DNA of 64,000 nucleotides from Candidatus Ryanbacteria bacterium RIFCSPHIGHO2_02_FULL_45_17b (GCA_001819815.1 MHNO01000009.1:460-64459), one strand, 5' to 3'; shown: positions 1-9,036, counted from the stretch's first letter. A program made the numbers and translations. The notes: generated by a model not told the origin, from the sequence alone.

Positions 1-2
1 GA

Positions 3-203
3 GGTCGCTCCAAAGTACGGAGCAAACGCATACCTGAGAATGTCTGTACCGATGACGAGCACGAGTGGGGAGAGATGGAGGGTGATGTGGAGCTCAAAGA
101 ATTTCCGTATTATTATAGTGATGTTAAAGCGTTTCTCGCGGCCAAAACCCTCTGGGAATGGGAACATGTGTTTTGGTTAAAAAAGATTGGATATTTGAGA
201 TAA
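3..203 (+). CDS. 3' end of a hypothetical protein running in from the left edge
   Basis: Frame 3 is open from the edge to TAA 201-203 (…EWGEMEGDVELKEFPYYYSDVKAFLAAKTLWEWEHVFWLKKIGYLR*); protein-like composition, no family recognised. Confidence 0.4.
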   Translation, partial: GRSKVRSKRIPENVCTDDEHEWGEMEGDVELKEFPYYYSDVKAFLAAKTLWEWEHVFWLKKIGYLR

Positions 204-305
204 CTGCGGTCAGCAGAAAAATTGCCGTAAATAACGGCCATAAACGTATGAACGCCCTGTTTCGTGTCGCGAAACAGGGCGTTGGGCTTGAGGTTGCTAG
301 GCACA

Positions 306-749
306 TCACTCTTCGGAGCTTCGAGAAATATGCTCCAAGAGCCAAGGGAGCTCTTCGATAGTGATCTTCGGAAACTCTATTTTTTGAACTGGGGATTTAG
401 CGGCCTCCGCCTTCTCCAGCTCACCACCACAAATATAATTGAGGAGCTCATGAAGCGCCCCGGGCGACATGTTGCAGACAAAAGTCTGTTGCTTTGGGGA
501 GGTCAGACTTCCTTCCCATGGGTCCCCCCACGTGTTGCTGACAACTTCCTGTCCTTTTGTAGATAGGTGCACCCTTAGACACTTGTTTTCACTAGGGTGC
601 GTGATAATAACCTCAATCAACCTTTCCCCTGCAATTGTTATCGTGCCCCTGGTAACTGCCTTACTCCCCCTTAGAGCTGCCTGCGCAATTTCTGTCATGT
701 GGGCTACCAGTGCCCCGAAACCAGGAAGGTTTGCGCTTTGGTTAACCAT
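306..749 (-). CDS. hypothetical protein (~147 aa)
   Basis: ORF 306..797 re-started at ATG 749 (MVNQSAN…), which is preceded by a strong SD AGGAGG. Confidence 0.55.
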   Translation of the reverse strand: MVNQSANLPGFGALVAHMTEIAQAALRGSKAVTRGTITIAGERLIEVIITHPSENKCLRVHLSTKGQEVVSNTWGDPWEGSLTSPKQQTFVCNMSPGALHELLNYICGGELEKAEAAKSPVQKIEFPKITIEELPWLLEHISRSSEE

Positions 750-834
750 GTTGTACCTCCTAATTGTGAATTTGATAGCATCATACAGAACTAGCATAGT
801 CTTGTCAAGTACATAACTTTACCAAGCGGTTTGA

Positions 835-972
835 AGCGAGCGGCAGCGGGAAATCACCATGGCTTTCTATCAGAATGCGCTGGAACTTGGTATCCCATTC
901 ATCGTCGTTGATACGCAACGTTTTTCTCCAAACCAATGCGCCGACATAATAATTGCGGCACTTGGAAACTAA
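835..972 (+). pseudogene. orphan 3' gene fragment, possibly the C-terminus of a P-loop nucleotide kinase
   Basis: Reads ERQREITMAFYQNALELGIPFIVVDTQRFSPNQCADIIIAALGN*, resembling NMP-kinase C-termini (IDT..S.E....I); followed directly by a terminator; no 5' part. Confidence 0.3.
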
Positions 973-977
973 GCAAA

Positions 978-1005
978 GGGCGATCAAATTGGTCGCCCCT
1001 CTTTT
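978..1005 (+). terminator. intrinsic terminator
   Basis: GGGCGATC-aaatt-GGTCGCCC stem then ctctttt. Confidence 0.5.
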
Positions 1006-1036
1006 ATTACACTAAAAAAATTGTTACGATGATGTT

Positions 1037-1648
1037 ATGCAACAAATAAAATCTAAAAATATAGAGGTTGAAATTCGTGCGCGTCTTGATAATACAACCG
1101 AATTTAGAAAAGTACTTAATACTATTGGTGTAAAGCAAGTATCTTCGCTCTATGTGCATGATATCTACTTTTGTCTAAAAACCGCAAACAAAGTTGAGGA
1201 TGTAGAAATGAATAAAATCGGATCATATAGTCTTCGTCTGCGCAAATCAAAAAAGGAAGGAGAAAATGAACATATCACCATCAACACAAAGACCATTACT
1301 AATTATGGTGATCATAATGCATGGGAAGAACACGAGGTTGAGGTCAATGATTTTTTAGAAGCCGCTGAAATACTAGACACCACCGAATTTAAACCTTTCT
1401 TTGAATTAGAGAAAACGAGATATGTTTACGCATTGGATAGTATGGAGATATGTGTTGAAGATATAATTGATTTTGGCGGAGCGGTAGAAGTCGAGATTAT
1501 GTCATTAAAAGGAGAAGAAAATAGTGCTAAGGAAAAAATTTTGGATTTTCTTAACAAATGTAATATTAGTAATGAACATATAGTTCCTAAAAGTATTACC
1601 AATATCATTATGAAAGAACGCGCGTTCAAGCAGGAAATCACCATATAA
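1037..1648 (+). CDS. CYTH domain protein (class IV adenylate cyclase / triphosphatase-like)
   Basis: N-terminal IEVEIRAR (ExExK-like), DIYF, SLRLR, EEHEVEV, LEKTRYVY, VEVEIM motifs. Confidence 0.85.
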   Translation: MQQIKSKNIEVEIRARLDNTTEFRKVLNTIGVKQVSSLYVHDIYFCLKTANKVEDVEMNKIGSYSLRLRKSKKEGENEHITINTKTITNYGDHNAWEEHEVEVNDFLEAAEILDTTEFKPFFELEKTRYVYALDSMEICVEDIIDFGGAVEVEIMSLKGEENSAKEKILDFLNKCNISNEHIVPKSITNIIMKERAFKQEITI

Positions 1649-1669
1649 AAATCCCTCACGCAGATTGGA

Positions 1670-1688
1670 AATGGGGTCAGTCCCCATT
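1670..1688. repeat. REP-like palindrome, left copy
   Basis: AATGGGGTCAGTCCCCATT; reverse complement of 1960-1978. Confidence 0.85.
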
Positions 1689-1689
1689 A

Positions 1690-1971
1690 TTAGTAAAGGC
1701 AGAAAACTGGAAATGGTCCAGTCTATGGAGAAGGGAATACGGTATCGTAAAAGACCAAAAACTCCTTTCCAAATGGCCAATAGAAATTCCTGATGAGTAT
1801 CTTCAATTTATCAATGAACCGCAAACCGCACCAGAATTAGAAGATATACGCCACAGTGTCATTAAAAGCAAACCCTACGGCGATGTTGCCTGGGTTGAAA
1901 AAATATCAACTAAACTCGGACTGGAACAGACACTTCATGCGCCAGGACGACCAAAAAAGAATGGGGACTGA
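1690..1971 (+). pseudogene. C-terminal fragment of a REP-associated tyrosine transposase (RAYT)
   Basis: Not in the ORF track (no start codon): LVKAENWKWSSLWRRE…INEPQTAPELEDIRHSVIKSKPYGDVAWVEKISTKLGLEQTLHAPGRPKKNGD*; W.WSS and terminal GRPKK are typical of RAYTs; HUH and catalytic Tyr region missing. Confidence 0.75.
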
Positions 1972-1978
1972 CCCCATT
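1960..1978. repeat. REP-like palindrome, right copy
   Basis: AATGGGGACTGACCCCATT, overlapping the RAYT stop codon. Confidence 0.85.
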
Positions 1979-2422
1979 ATCCGGAAAATCCTTTTATTGA
2001 CTAGGGATCCTCGGGGTCTGGCTTCTTCGAATAAACTCGCGGGTATTCGGAAGAATGTGCCTAGGTCAGTCTCATCAAAAATCCCAGTCTATATTGAGTT
2101 TGCGCAAAGAGCACTACGATTATTGGAGTCTCATAGTCTTGTTTTGCTCCTCCGATACGAAGATCTCTGTGCAAATCCATCTGGCACAATCCGCAAGGTA
2201 TGCAACTTCTTAGGTGTAACCTACAATGAGTCAATGTTGCAATTCAAAGAGGACCGAGGGCATGTACTGAAAGGTAACCGTATGATATTTGACGAGAGAA
2301 ATACAATCTCTGAAGATACAAGCTGGATTGATATCCTGACAAGTAATGAGATTTTTTCACTTGTAGAGAATCAACAGCTAATATCCCTGTATCAAAAACT
2401 TGGGTACAAACTTACTAACTAA
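1979..2422 (+). pseudogene. 5'-truncated sulfotransferase-family protein
   Basis: KILLLTRDPR (3'-PB motif) and LRYEDLCANP…VCNFLGV present; 5'-PSB loop (RSGT/ST) absent; similarity begins right at the REP. Confidence 0.7.
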
Positions 2423-2436
2423 GAGGAGGGCTGTTC

Positions 2437-3300
2437 ATGTTTGCAGTCCTGTCATATGACCCCCAGAAAGTATGGGTCGACCAGAAGGCAGGCATGGTTG
2501 TTGTAAGAAAAAGAACCATCCCCCATGAATATGAGGGGATACTACAGGCACACCAATATCTTACGCGATATCCCTTGAGTCTTCTAGTAAACGGTTCCAT
2601 CTACTCTGTTAAACCAGTCCCTTTAGTGTCCTGGGAAAATGAAAAGTCCTTACTCACCACACTATTTTGTGATGGTGAGAATTTAGAACACATTCTTAGA
2701 AAAACAAGTCTCGCAGAACGATCCTCATGGTTAATATTCTGCAAGGATTTATTTTCTAAGATGCGCTCGATAGGATTTCTATGGGGAGACTGCGCTCCAA
2801 GAAACATAGTCATCCAAGAAAAAAAGCGCTTAGTAAGGATAATGGATTTCGAGAGAGAACAATGCTTCCTAAGCACATCGGTTGATGAATCCAGCTTCCG
2901 TAGGTTCGTACGCAATTATGCGTACGAGGAGTTCTCATCGTTTTTATTCAAATCTGAACAGAAAAAGGTTTTCTCTGAGTCTCTTAAGGGGGAAACAATG
3001 GAACACATCCATTTAACCAAAATTACTTCTATGAGAAGACGCAGAATACTCGAGAAGCAATTCGGACGGAAAGAGGCTTACGCGGGGAGAGAAGTTGAGG
3101 ACGTTGAGGACATCATGGTATTCGCCGCTACACCATTTATGTTGGACGGAGTGGTATACTTCCCTATGGATTTTCTTGAAAAGATCGGGAGAAACGGAGG
3201 ACTAGATGCCTACACGCGAGTTGTTGAAAAAATCAGAAAACTCGCCGACACAAAGGATAGATTTCGGGAGCTTACGAAAGCTAGAGCAACTCTCCGATAA
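2437..3300 (+). CDS. protein-kinase-like fold phosphotransferase (APH/Kdo-kinase-like)
   Basis: WGDCAPRNIV catalytic loop, IMDFE metal-binding motif, SD GAGGAGG. Confidence 0.7.
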   Translation: MFAVLSYDPQKVWVDQKAGMVVVRKRTIPHEYEGILQAHQYLTRYPLSLLVNGSIYSVKPVPLVSWENEKSLLTTLFCDGENLEHILRKTSLAERSSWLIFCKDLFSKMRSIGFLWGDCAPRNIVIQEKKRLVRIMDFEREQCFLSTSVDESSFRRFVRNYAYEEFSSFLFKSEQKKVFSESLKGETMEHIHLTKITSMRRRRILEKQFGRKEAYAGREVEDVEDIMVFAATPFMLDGVVYFPMDFLEKIGRNGGLDAYTRVVEKIRKLADTKDRFRELTKARATLR

Positions 3301-4048
3301 CTTTGTCCTTTTTTCTTCACCAGATGGTAGCGTATTTCTAGGTTCTCCTATGTATAACATCCTCATCGGGGCTAAGCACGAAAGATTTATACCGCGTAGT
3401 GGATTAATACTAGGAGAAGCACTAATCAGAAACAAACTGACTTCCAAGCATGGTCTCGATATCGGGACAGGAGAGAGTGGAATTCTAGCACATTGTCTAA
3501 TTGCGGCTGGAGTACAAACAGTTACTGCAGTAGATATAAAAGCTTCAGCTTTGCATTATGCAAAGAGCATGGACTTGAGAGCGGGGAGCATAACATGGAT
3601 AGAAAGCAACATCTTTGCTAAGCTCACGGTGGATGTTTTATATGACATAATAGTTAGTAATCCACCACAGATGCCTATGAGAACTCCTGGGGAACTGCAT
3701 GACTATGGGGGAGAGGATGGACGAGAAATCATCCTTAAAATCATAGAAGGCTGTTCTTCCTTCCTGACTACTAACGGACAGCTATACATCCTGTGCTTTG
3801 ATTTTCTAGGAGTTGATACCCCATATAATACCAGACCTTCCTTAATTGCTATCGCTGAGAGTATGGGCTTCAACTCCATAATCATATCTAGAAATCAACG
3901 CCGAGTGCGGAATCACGGGAAAACAAAAGAGAACATCGCTTGGATCAAGGAAGTATATCCTGGCTATGTATTTCGAGAGCTGGATGATGGAACTTTAATT
4001 CATGACGTTTTTGTTTTACAACTCAAACGCGTCAGTTTAGTCCCATAA
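3206..4048 (+). CDS. class I SAM-dependent methyltransferase (HemK/PrmC-like); start uncertain
   Basis: LDIGTGESG motif I, AVDI, SNPPQMP, DYGGEDGR. Confidence 0.8.
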   Translation: MPTRELLKKSENSPTQRIDFGSLRKLEQLSDNFVLFSSPDGSVFLGSPMYNILIGAKHERFIPRSGLILGEALIRNKLTSKHGLDIGTGESGILAHCLIAAGVQTVTAVDIKASALHYAKSMDLRAGSITWIESNIFAKLTVDVLYDIIVSNPPQMPMRTPGELHDYGGEDGREIILKIIEGCSSFLTTNGQLYILCFDFLGVDTPYNTRPSLIAIAESMGFNSIIISRNQRRVRNHGKTKENIAWIKEVYPGYVFRELDDGTLIHDVFVLQLKRVSLVP

Positions 4049-4070
4049 AGGGAGATTCGTCTCCCTTTTT
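4048..4070. terminator. intrinsic terminator between convergent genes
   Basis: AAGGGAGA-TTCG-TCTCCCTT followed by a T run. Confidence 0.75.
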
Positions 4071-4075
4071 AATTT

Positions 4076-4564
4076 TTAATCAAAAGGAATTTGCTTGTAC
4101 ATAGCCAACGGGTAAGATTCATTTCTTAACCATTGATGAACAATAGCGAATGAACGAGAAGAGATAAATTCCTCTTTTGGGATACTGGCGATTTCCTCTC
4201 TCGTGAACCACTTGACTTCTATAATTGATTCTTGCCGCAAATCTTGATCTTCTTTCCTCGGGATAGCTGGCTTACCTTCAGTTGCTTCAACCAAAAACGC
4301 GAACAGAGCGCGGAATTTCGTTTCATCGGAGGAAATGTAAGCACCTAGAAAGTTTTTAACTTCAACATTCACCAAAGCCTCTTCTTTACATTCGCGGATA
4401 GTTGCTTCCAGAATTGTTTCATTCTCTCTGTCTCCGTATGTCCCCTGAATAATATTCCATAAAGGCCTATCTTTTTTCTTAATCTTCTCCTTGATGAACA
4501 GAGCCTTGTCGCCAACCTGATTAGTTACAAGCGCACCTACTTTAATTTTTATATCGTCAATCAT
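4076..4564 (-). CDS. NUDIX hydrolase
   Basis: Nudix box variant GTYGDRENETILEATIRECKEE; EVKWFT; start moved to ATG 4564. Confidence 0.85.
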   Translation of the reverse strand: MIDDIKIKVGALVTNQVGDKALFIKEKIKKKDRPLWNIIQGTYGDRENETILEATIRECKEEALVNVEVKNFLGAYISSDETKFRALFAFLVEATEGKPAIPRKEDQDLRQESIIEVKWFTREEIASIPKEEFISSRSFAIVHQWLRNESYPLAMYKQIPFD

Positions 4565-4670
4565 AAACAGTATATTAACATAAAAGTACTGGCATAAAAG
4601 GCACTCTTGCGCACCACACATAGTTCGCACTCAAAGCTCTCCCAAACCTGTGCATACGTCGGAGATTTCT

Positions 4671-5360
4671 TTACAACTCTTTTGTTTTGGTATGCGAAAA
4701 ACTATTTGACAAATTAAAGTTTTTTAAATAAAGGGAGGACTTGGAAGAAATAAGTTGTGACGCTAGTGTTTTTGGATATTTTTGTAAATAGGCAGCAACA
4801 AAATCATACCCCAAAGTATAAGCTGTCCAACGAGGAATCCTCCTTACTACTGAACCATAGAACCATGCGTTATGATCATATGTGGACATATTCCATTCTT
4901 TAGAAGCTCGTTCTAAAAATATGTTCTTTTGTTTTTGAGTTAATGCAATAGACCACGATAGTGGATTTTTTCTGCCCGTTACCTCTATAGCAAAATGGTC
5001 GGCGAGTCCTTCAGATATTATGGCTTCAAATAATGTTTCTTTGTGTATAGGAGTACGGAAACGAATGGCATGGTTTATCTCGTGGGCAAGTATATAAGGA
5101 AGCTCTTTTTTAATTCCGTCTTGAAATTTTGAATTTCGTGGATCCAGTGAAATAAATACAACATTGGCACAGGGCGTATACCCTCCGATACCAGTTTCTT
5201 TGAAAGTCGCCCCAGGATTATTATAAAAAACTACATCAATATCCTCCAGTGGCACGAGCTTTTTTATTAACATCCCTATAGATTTTGTTACAGAGCACAG
5301 TTCTTCCACAAATGGATTTAAACCTTTTGAACTAGATAATATGTGCACGTTTATAGACAT
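4671..5360 (-). CDS. DUF2268-like predicted Zn-dependent protease
   Basis: LAHEINH, ISEGLADHF, WFYGS…IPRWTAYTLGY. Confidence 0.8.
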   Translation of the reverse strand: MSINVHILSSSKGLNPFVEELCSVTKSIGMLIKKLVPLEDIDVVFYNNPGATFKETGIGGYTPCANVVFISLDPRNSKFQDGIKKELPYILAHEINHAIRFRTPIHKETLFEAIISEGLADHFAIEVTGRKNPLSWSIALTQKQKNIFLERASKEWNMSTYDHNAWFYGSVVRRIPRWTAYTLGYDFVAAYLQKYPKTLASQLISSKSSLYLKNFNLSNSFSHTKTKEL

Positions 5361-5641
5361 GGAGAAACAACCATTTTATATCACCCCCTCTCTTGCTTGA
5401 TTACTCACGCGAATAAGTGTGGGTTTGAAGGATGGCCCATACTCCATTTGTAACCTAACATTTCCATCCTAGAATATCCACGGCACGTTATTCACGATTT
5501 TTACAACATATAGAACTCTCCCAAACCTACATAAGGGTGTACAGCGAAGGAAATTATTAGCTCATTCTCAAGGAGGAGAAAAATAAACACACAAGTCACT
5601 AATGGAGCAACTAACTCAATTTGGTCCTCTCAAAAATTCAT

Positions 5642-5683
5642 ATAGGCTAAGCAACAATAAAGTTGCCTAGCCTATCTTTTTTT
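5642..5683 (+). terminator. intrinsic terminator-like hairpin
   Basis: ATAGGCTAAGCAAC…GTTGCCTAGCCTAT then a T run. Confidence 0.55.
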
Positions 5684-5702
5684 ATCCACTATAATAAAAA
5701 AT

Positions 5703-6080
5703 ATGCAGGATAATACTAAACAGTCAGGCAATTACGCTACACAATTTATCGGCAAAGAAGTAGAAATAATAATTGATCGACCCCTTCATTCGAAACATCC
5801 GAAGTATGGTTTTGTTTATGAGATCAACTATGGATTTATACCAAACACAAAGGCTCCAGACGGCGAGGGAATAGACGCATATCTTCTTGGCATCGATGAT
5901 CCAGTCGAGACTTATACAGGTAAATGCATCGCCGTCGTTCATCGCCTCAATGATGCCGATGACAAGCTTGTAGTGATACCGGTGTCACTTGGTGATGTAG
6001 ACGACGAAGAAATCCGAAGATCAACACATTTCCAAGAACAATTCTTCACTTCCGAAATTATTCGGGAAACAGATGAATAA
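5703..6080 (+). CDS. ppa: short family I inorganic pyrophosphatase
   Basis: DRPLHSKHP, YEINYGFIPNT, DGEGID, DDKL. Confidence 0.8.
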   Translation: MQDNTKQSGNYATQFIGKEVEIIIDRPLHSKHPKYGFVYEINYGFIPNTKAPDGEGIDAYLLGIDDPVETYTGKCIAVVHRLNDADDKLVVIPVSLGDVDDEEIRRSTHFQEQFFTSEIIRETDE

Positions 6081-6127
6081 GAATAAGACCGAGAGTTTTT
6101 TTGCTCTCTGCCGTTTTTAATTAAAAT

Positions 6128-6463
6128 ATGAACATAAAGTATACAATTTGGAAAATAAAATCGGGCAAGCTGGAAGTTTGGAAAGCTTGGTGTCATGAAT
6201 TAATGACTACTCGTTACGAGGAGGCGCTTATTACTATTTCGGAAGAAAACTTAGTCCATGAGAAATGCGTTATTTTTGAAAAAGAAGGAGAAAATTATGT
6301 AATATATACACATGGAACAGTAGAAGGAAAAGCAAAAAAGAAAGCAAATATGGATCACGCAGTAAACAAAAAACACTTCAAGATAATGAAAGAATGTCTG
6401 GAGTATGTATATGATACTGGTTGGTTTGCACCTCTGAACGGGTATGAGCTTGAAAGAAATTAA
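6128..6463 (+). CDS. hypothetical protein (DUF6176-like)
   Basis: Clean 111-aa ORF; W..WC.EL…EEAL.T..EE pattern. Confidence 0.55.
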   Translation: MNIKYTIWKIKSGKLEVWKAWCHELMTTRYEEALITISEENLVHEKCVIFEKEGENYVIYTHGTVEGKAKKKANMDHAVNKKHFKIMKECLEYVYDTGWFAPLNGYELERN

Positions 6464-6536
6464 TTATGTTGTGCCAAAGATAGAGTCCTTGTGGACTAGG
6501 TTGCAATAAAAAACCAATTTTTGCAAGTTATTTCAC

Positions 6537-6545
6537 TTATCCACA
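6537..6545 (+). promoter_or_regulatory. consensus DnaA box
   Basis: TTATCCACA exact match, just upstream of a promoter. Confidence 0.4.
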
Positions 6546-6560
6546 GCCTTTAGCACCGGC

Positions 6561-6589
6561 TTGTAAAATTTATTGATATATGGTATAAT
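6561..6589 (+). promoter_or_regulatory. sigma70 promoter with extended -10
   Basis: TTGTAA-17 nt-TATAAT with TG; ATG 8 nt after the -10. Confidence 0.7.
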
Positions 6590-6597
6590 CGTGGCAT

Positions 6598-7326
6598 ATG
6601 GAAACAGCTACCCTTGTTAATTTCAAACAAAAATTTAACACCCCGCCCCCTGTATGGTTTAAGGATGTAAAAGAAGAAGCGTATAAAAAAATCACCACAG
6701 CGCCATTTGCGGAAGCATGCCGACGAGGCGACAAAGAAAGCATAAAAAAACTGATAGTTGGTTTGTGGCCTTTTGTTGATGTGTTTCCACGACTGGTAGG
6801 TCAAAAATATATGTATCTTTTTACTAATCCACGGTTGTACTTTCGACATGGACCACTAAACATGTTGTCACTTGCATCTAATACGGTTGTGTTTTTAAGA
6901 AGTATAGCGAGTGATGAAAAAAGTCATCGTTTGTTATGGCTTGATTCCGGATCTGCGGTTGGTTTGGAATATCCAGAAAATTATGCTCCCATCAGCCCAC
7001 AAACACAAGTTTGGAAAGATGGAGTTGCGAATGAAACTGAGCCTTCAGAAATGCTTTTTGGATACGTTGCCATTGAAATTATAGCGGAATCTGTAAGTAA
7101 AGATTTGATACACTCAGATATTTTTAAATCAACCCTCGGCGAAAAAGGAATGAAGTGGTTTCTAGTACACACCATTGATCATGGCGATATATCACATGAA
7201 AATCTAGAACTGCAATTAGCCTTAGCCTTTCATAGAAAACATGATGAAAACATTTCTGAAATTGCCGCACGTAAAATTATGAAAGTGGTGGATGATTTCC
7301 TCGCGTCAGCAAACGCGTGTGTATAG
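6598..7326 (+). CDS. heme-oxygenase-like diiron enzyme (TenA/PqqC/CADD superfamily)
   Basis: Helical protein with DEKSH.LW, AIE, WFLVH…DHGDISHE candidate metal ligands. Confidence 0.65.
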   Translation: METATLVNFKQKFNTPPPVWFKDVKEEAYKKITTAPFAEACRRGDKESIKKLIVGLWPFVDVFPRLVGQKYMYLFTNPRLYFRHGPLNMLSLASNTVVFLRSIASDEKSHRLLWLDSGSAVGLEYPENYAPISPQTQVWKDGVANETEPSEMLFGYVAIEIIAESVSKDLIHSDIFKSTLGEKGMKWFLVHTIDHGDISHENLELQLALAFHRKHDENISEIAARKIMKVVDDFLASANACV

Positions 7327-7347
7327 GCTAACATATCTCATCTCTAG

Positions 7348-8994
7348 ATGACGTTTATAAACATCGTCGCTCTTACCGTCACGGCTATATATTTAATGCT
7401 AGGTGGTATCGTCTACGCACACAGCCGACGACAGATGAGTGAGATTTTTTTTGGGTTACTATCACTCTGTCTCACGGCGTGGGGACTTGCCACTTTTCTT
7501 ACTGTTTCAACTTCGCAATCAGCCTTACTCTTCAAAATTGGCATATATGCACACTATGTGGCGGGTAATCTTATATTTCTTAGCTTTTTTTGGTTTTCAG
7601 TTTATTTTCCGGAACGAACAAAACGCTCGCTTATACTGCCTCTTCTCATTACGCTTATTGATAGTGTTATTATTTTTGCCCTCATATTAAGTAATTTCTT
7701 ATTTACATCATTTTTTATTGATCTTGCAAATCAAAAACAAGTCATCTTTAACAATATTGGCTATACCCTCTATACCTTATGCACTTTAGCACTCTTTGTT
7801 GCAGGGACGATAATACTATTCAAAAAATATAAAAGACAACATGATGCTAATAAAATACCTATTCTTTACGTGTTTTTTGGTAGCATCATGGCAAGCGTCC
7901 CTGCGCTTATTTCAAATCTTATTTTACCTGCTTTTGGACAGTTTACCTTTTTTGCGATGGGCCCTATTTTTGGCATTTTTTTTGTAATTTGTATTGCTTA
8001 CGCCGTTTTTAAGCATAACCTTCTCAATGTAAAAATTGTTGCCACGGAGTTTTTTGTTTCTCTTATTATTCTCATTCTTGTTATTGAGGTATTTTCGGCG
8101 AATTCAATTTTGGAATTCGTAATAAAGACAATCACCCTTGCCGCGGTGTCTATTTTGAGCTATCTCATCATCCGGAGCGTGTTAAAGGAAGTACAAATCC
8201 GCGAGCAAATAGAACAACTTGCCGGAGATTTAGAAAAAGCAAATGAAGAACTTGCGCGCATAAACCAAGCAAAATCAGACTTTATTTCCATGGCTTCACA
8301 CCAATTAAAAACACCCTTGTCTATCATCAAAGGATATATTTCCATGACCCTTGAGGGAAGTTTCGGGAAAATAACCAAAATGACAAAAGACCAGCTGGAA
8401 AAAGTTTTCATTTCAAATGAACGGCTTATTTCTCTCGTGGAAGACTTGCTTAATCTTTCCCGCGTGGAAGAAGGCCGCATGAAATATGACTGGAGTGAAG
8501 AAAACATTCCGGACATCGTTCAAGAAACGGTAGAAGAAGTGCGCGTAACAGCGGAACATAAACACATTAAACTCATCTGGAAATCGCCAACAGAAAAACT
8601 CCGCGCCCGCGTGGATCTCAATAAAATCCGAAATGTTATTTTTAACATGCTTGATAACGCCATAAAATATACCGAAAAAGGATCAATCACGGTTGCCGTA
8701 ACACGACACGATACAGCCATTCGTGTTTCCGTAACCGATACCGGCAGGGGAATTTCCGCGCCGCAAATTCAAAAACTCTTTACCAAATTTACGCGCATAG
8801 TTGAAGGAAAAAGCAACCTTACGACGGCAGGTTTTGGGTTGGGACTATACGTTGCGCGGCTTATTGTGGAAGAACACGGCGGCCGCATTTGGGCTGAATC
8901 CGCGGGAATAGGAAAGGGAAGCACCTTTATTTTGGAATTGTCGACGGCAAACCAAGGAATTGAAAAAGGTGGGAAAAATGCTATATTGAAATAA
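7348..8994 (+). CDS. sensor histidine kinase with N-terminal multi-TM (HisKA_7TM-like) domain
   Basis: ~280-aa hydrophobic N-terminus; ASHQLKTPL H-box, NMLDNAIKYT, DTGRGI, GFGLGL, GKGSTF. Confidence 0.92.
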   Translation: MTFINIVALTVTAIYLMLGGIVYAHSRRQMSEIFFGLLSLCLTAWGLATFLTVSTSQSALLFKIGIYAHYVAGNLIFLSFFWFSVYFPERTKRSLILPLLITLIDSVIIFALILSNFLFTSFFIDLANQKQVIFNNIGYTLYTLCTLALFVAGTIILFKKYKRQHDANKIPILYVFFGSIMASVPALISNLILPAFGQFTFFAMGPIFGIFFVICIAYAVFKHNLLNVKIVATEFFVSLIILILVIEVFSANSILEFVIKTITLAAVSILSYLIIRSVLKEVQIREQIEQLAGDLEKANEELARINQAKSDFISMASHQLKTPLSIIKGYISMTLEGSFGKITKMTKDQLEKVFISNERLISLVEDLLNLSRVEEGRMKYDWSEENIPDIVQETVEEVRVTAEHKHIKLIWKSPTEKLRARVDLNKIRNVIFNMLDNAIKYTEKGSITVAVTRHDTAIRVSVTDTGRGISAPQIQKLFTKFTRIVEGKSNLTTAGFGLGLYVARLIVEEHGGRIWAESAGIGKGSTFILELSTANQGIEKGGKNAILK

Positions 8995-9036
8995 TTCGAT
9001 AGGGGGTCATCGAATGACGTATTATTATTTCAATCT

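Larger units (their letters stand above)
1670..1978. mobile_element. REP-bracketed RAYT (IS200/Y1 HUH transposase) remnant
   Basis: Two 19-nt palindromes that are exact reverse complements enclose a RAYT C-terminal coding fragment. Confidence 0.65.

Noticed and set aside
1856-1978. N-terminus of ORF 1856..2422
   Set aside because: It is an off-frame reading of the RAYT fragment and REP; sulfotransferase similarity starts only at ~1979
5376-5512. Possible minus-strand pseudogene fragment (YVVKIVNNVPWIF*DGNVRLQMEYGPSFKPTLIRV…)
   Set aside because: Short, interrupted and not recognisable; cannot be supported
1037-6463. Integron cassette array
   Set aside because: Genes have mixed orientation, and no repeated attC-like sites or integrase were seen
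6537-6545. Replication origin suggested by DnaA boxes (also near-matches at ~5682 and ~41713)
   Set aside because: Isolated boxes, no cluster, and no dnaA/dnaN in the window
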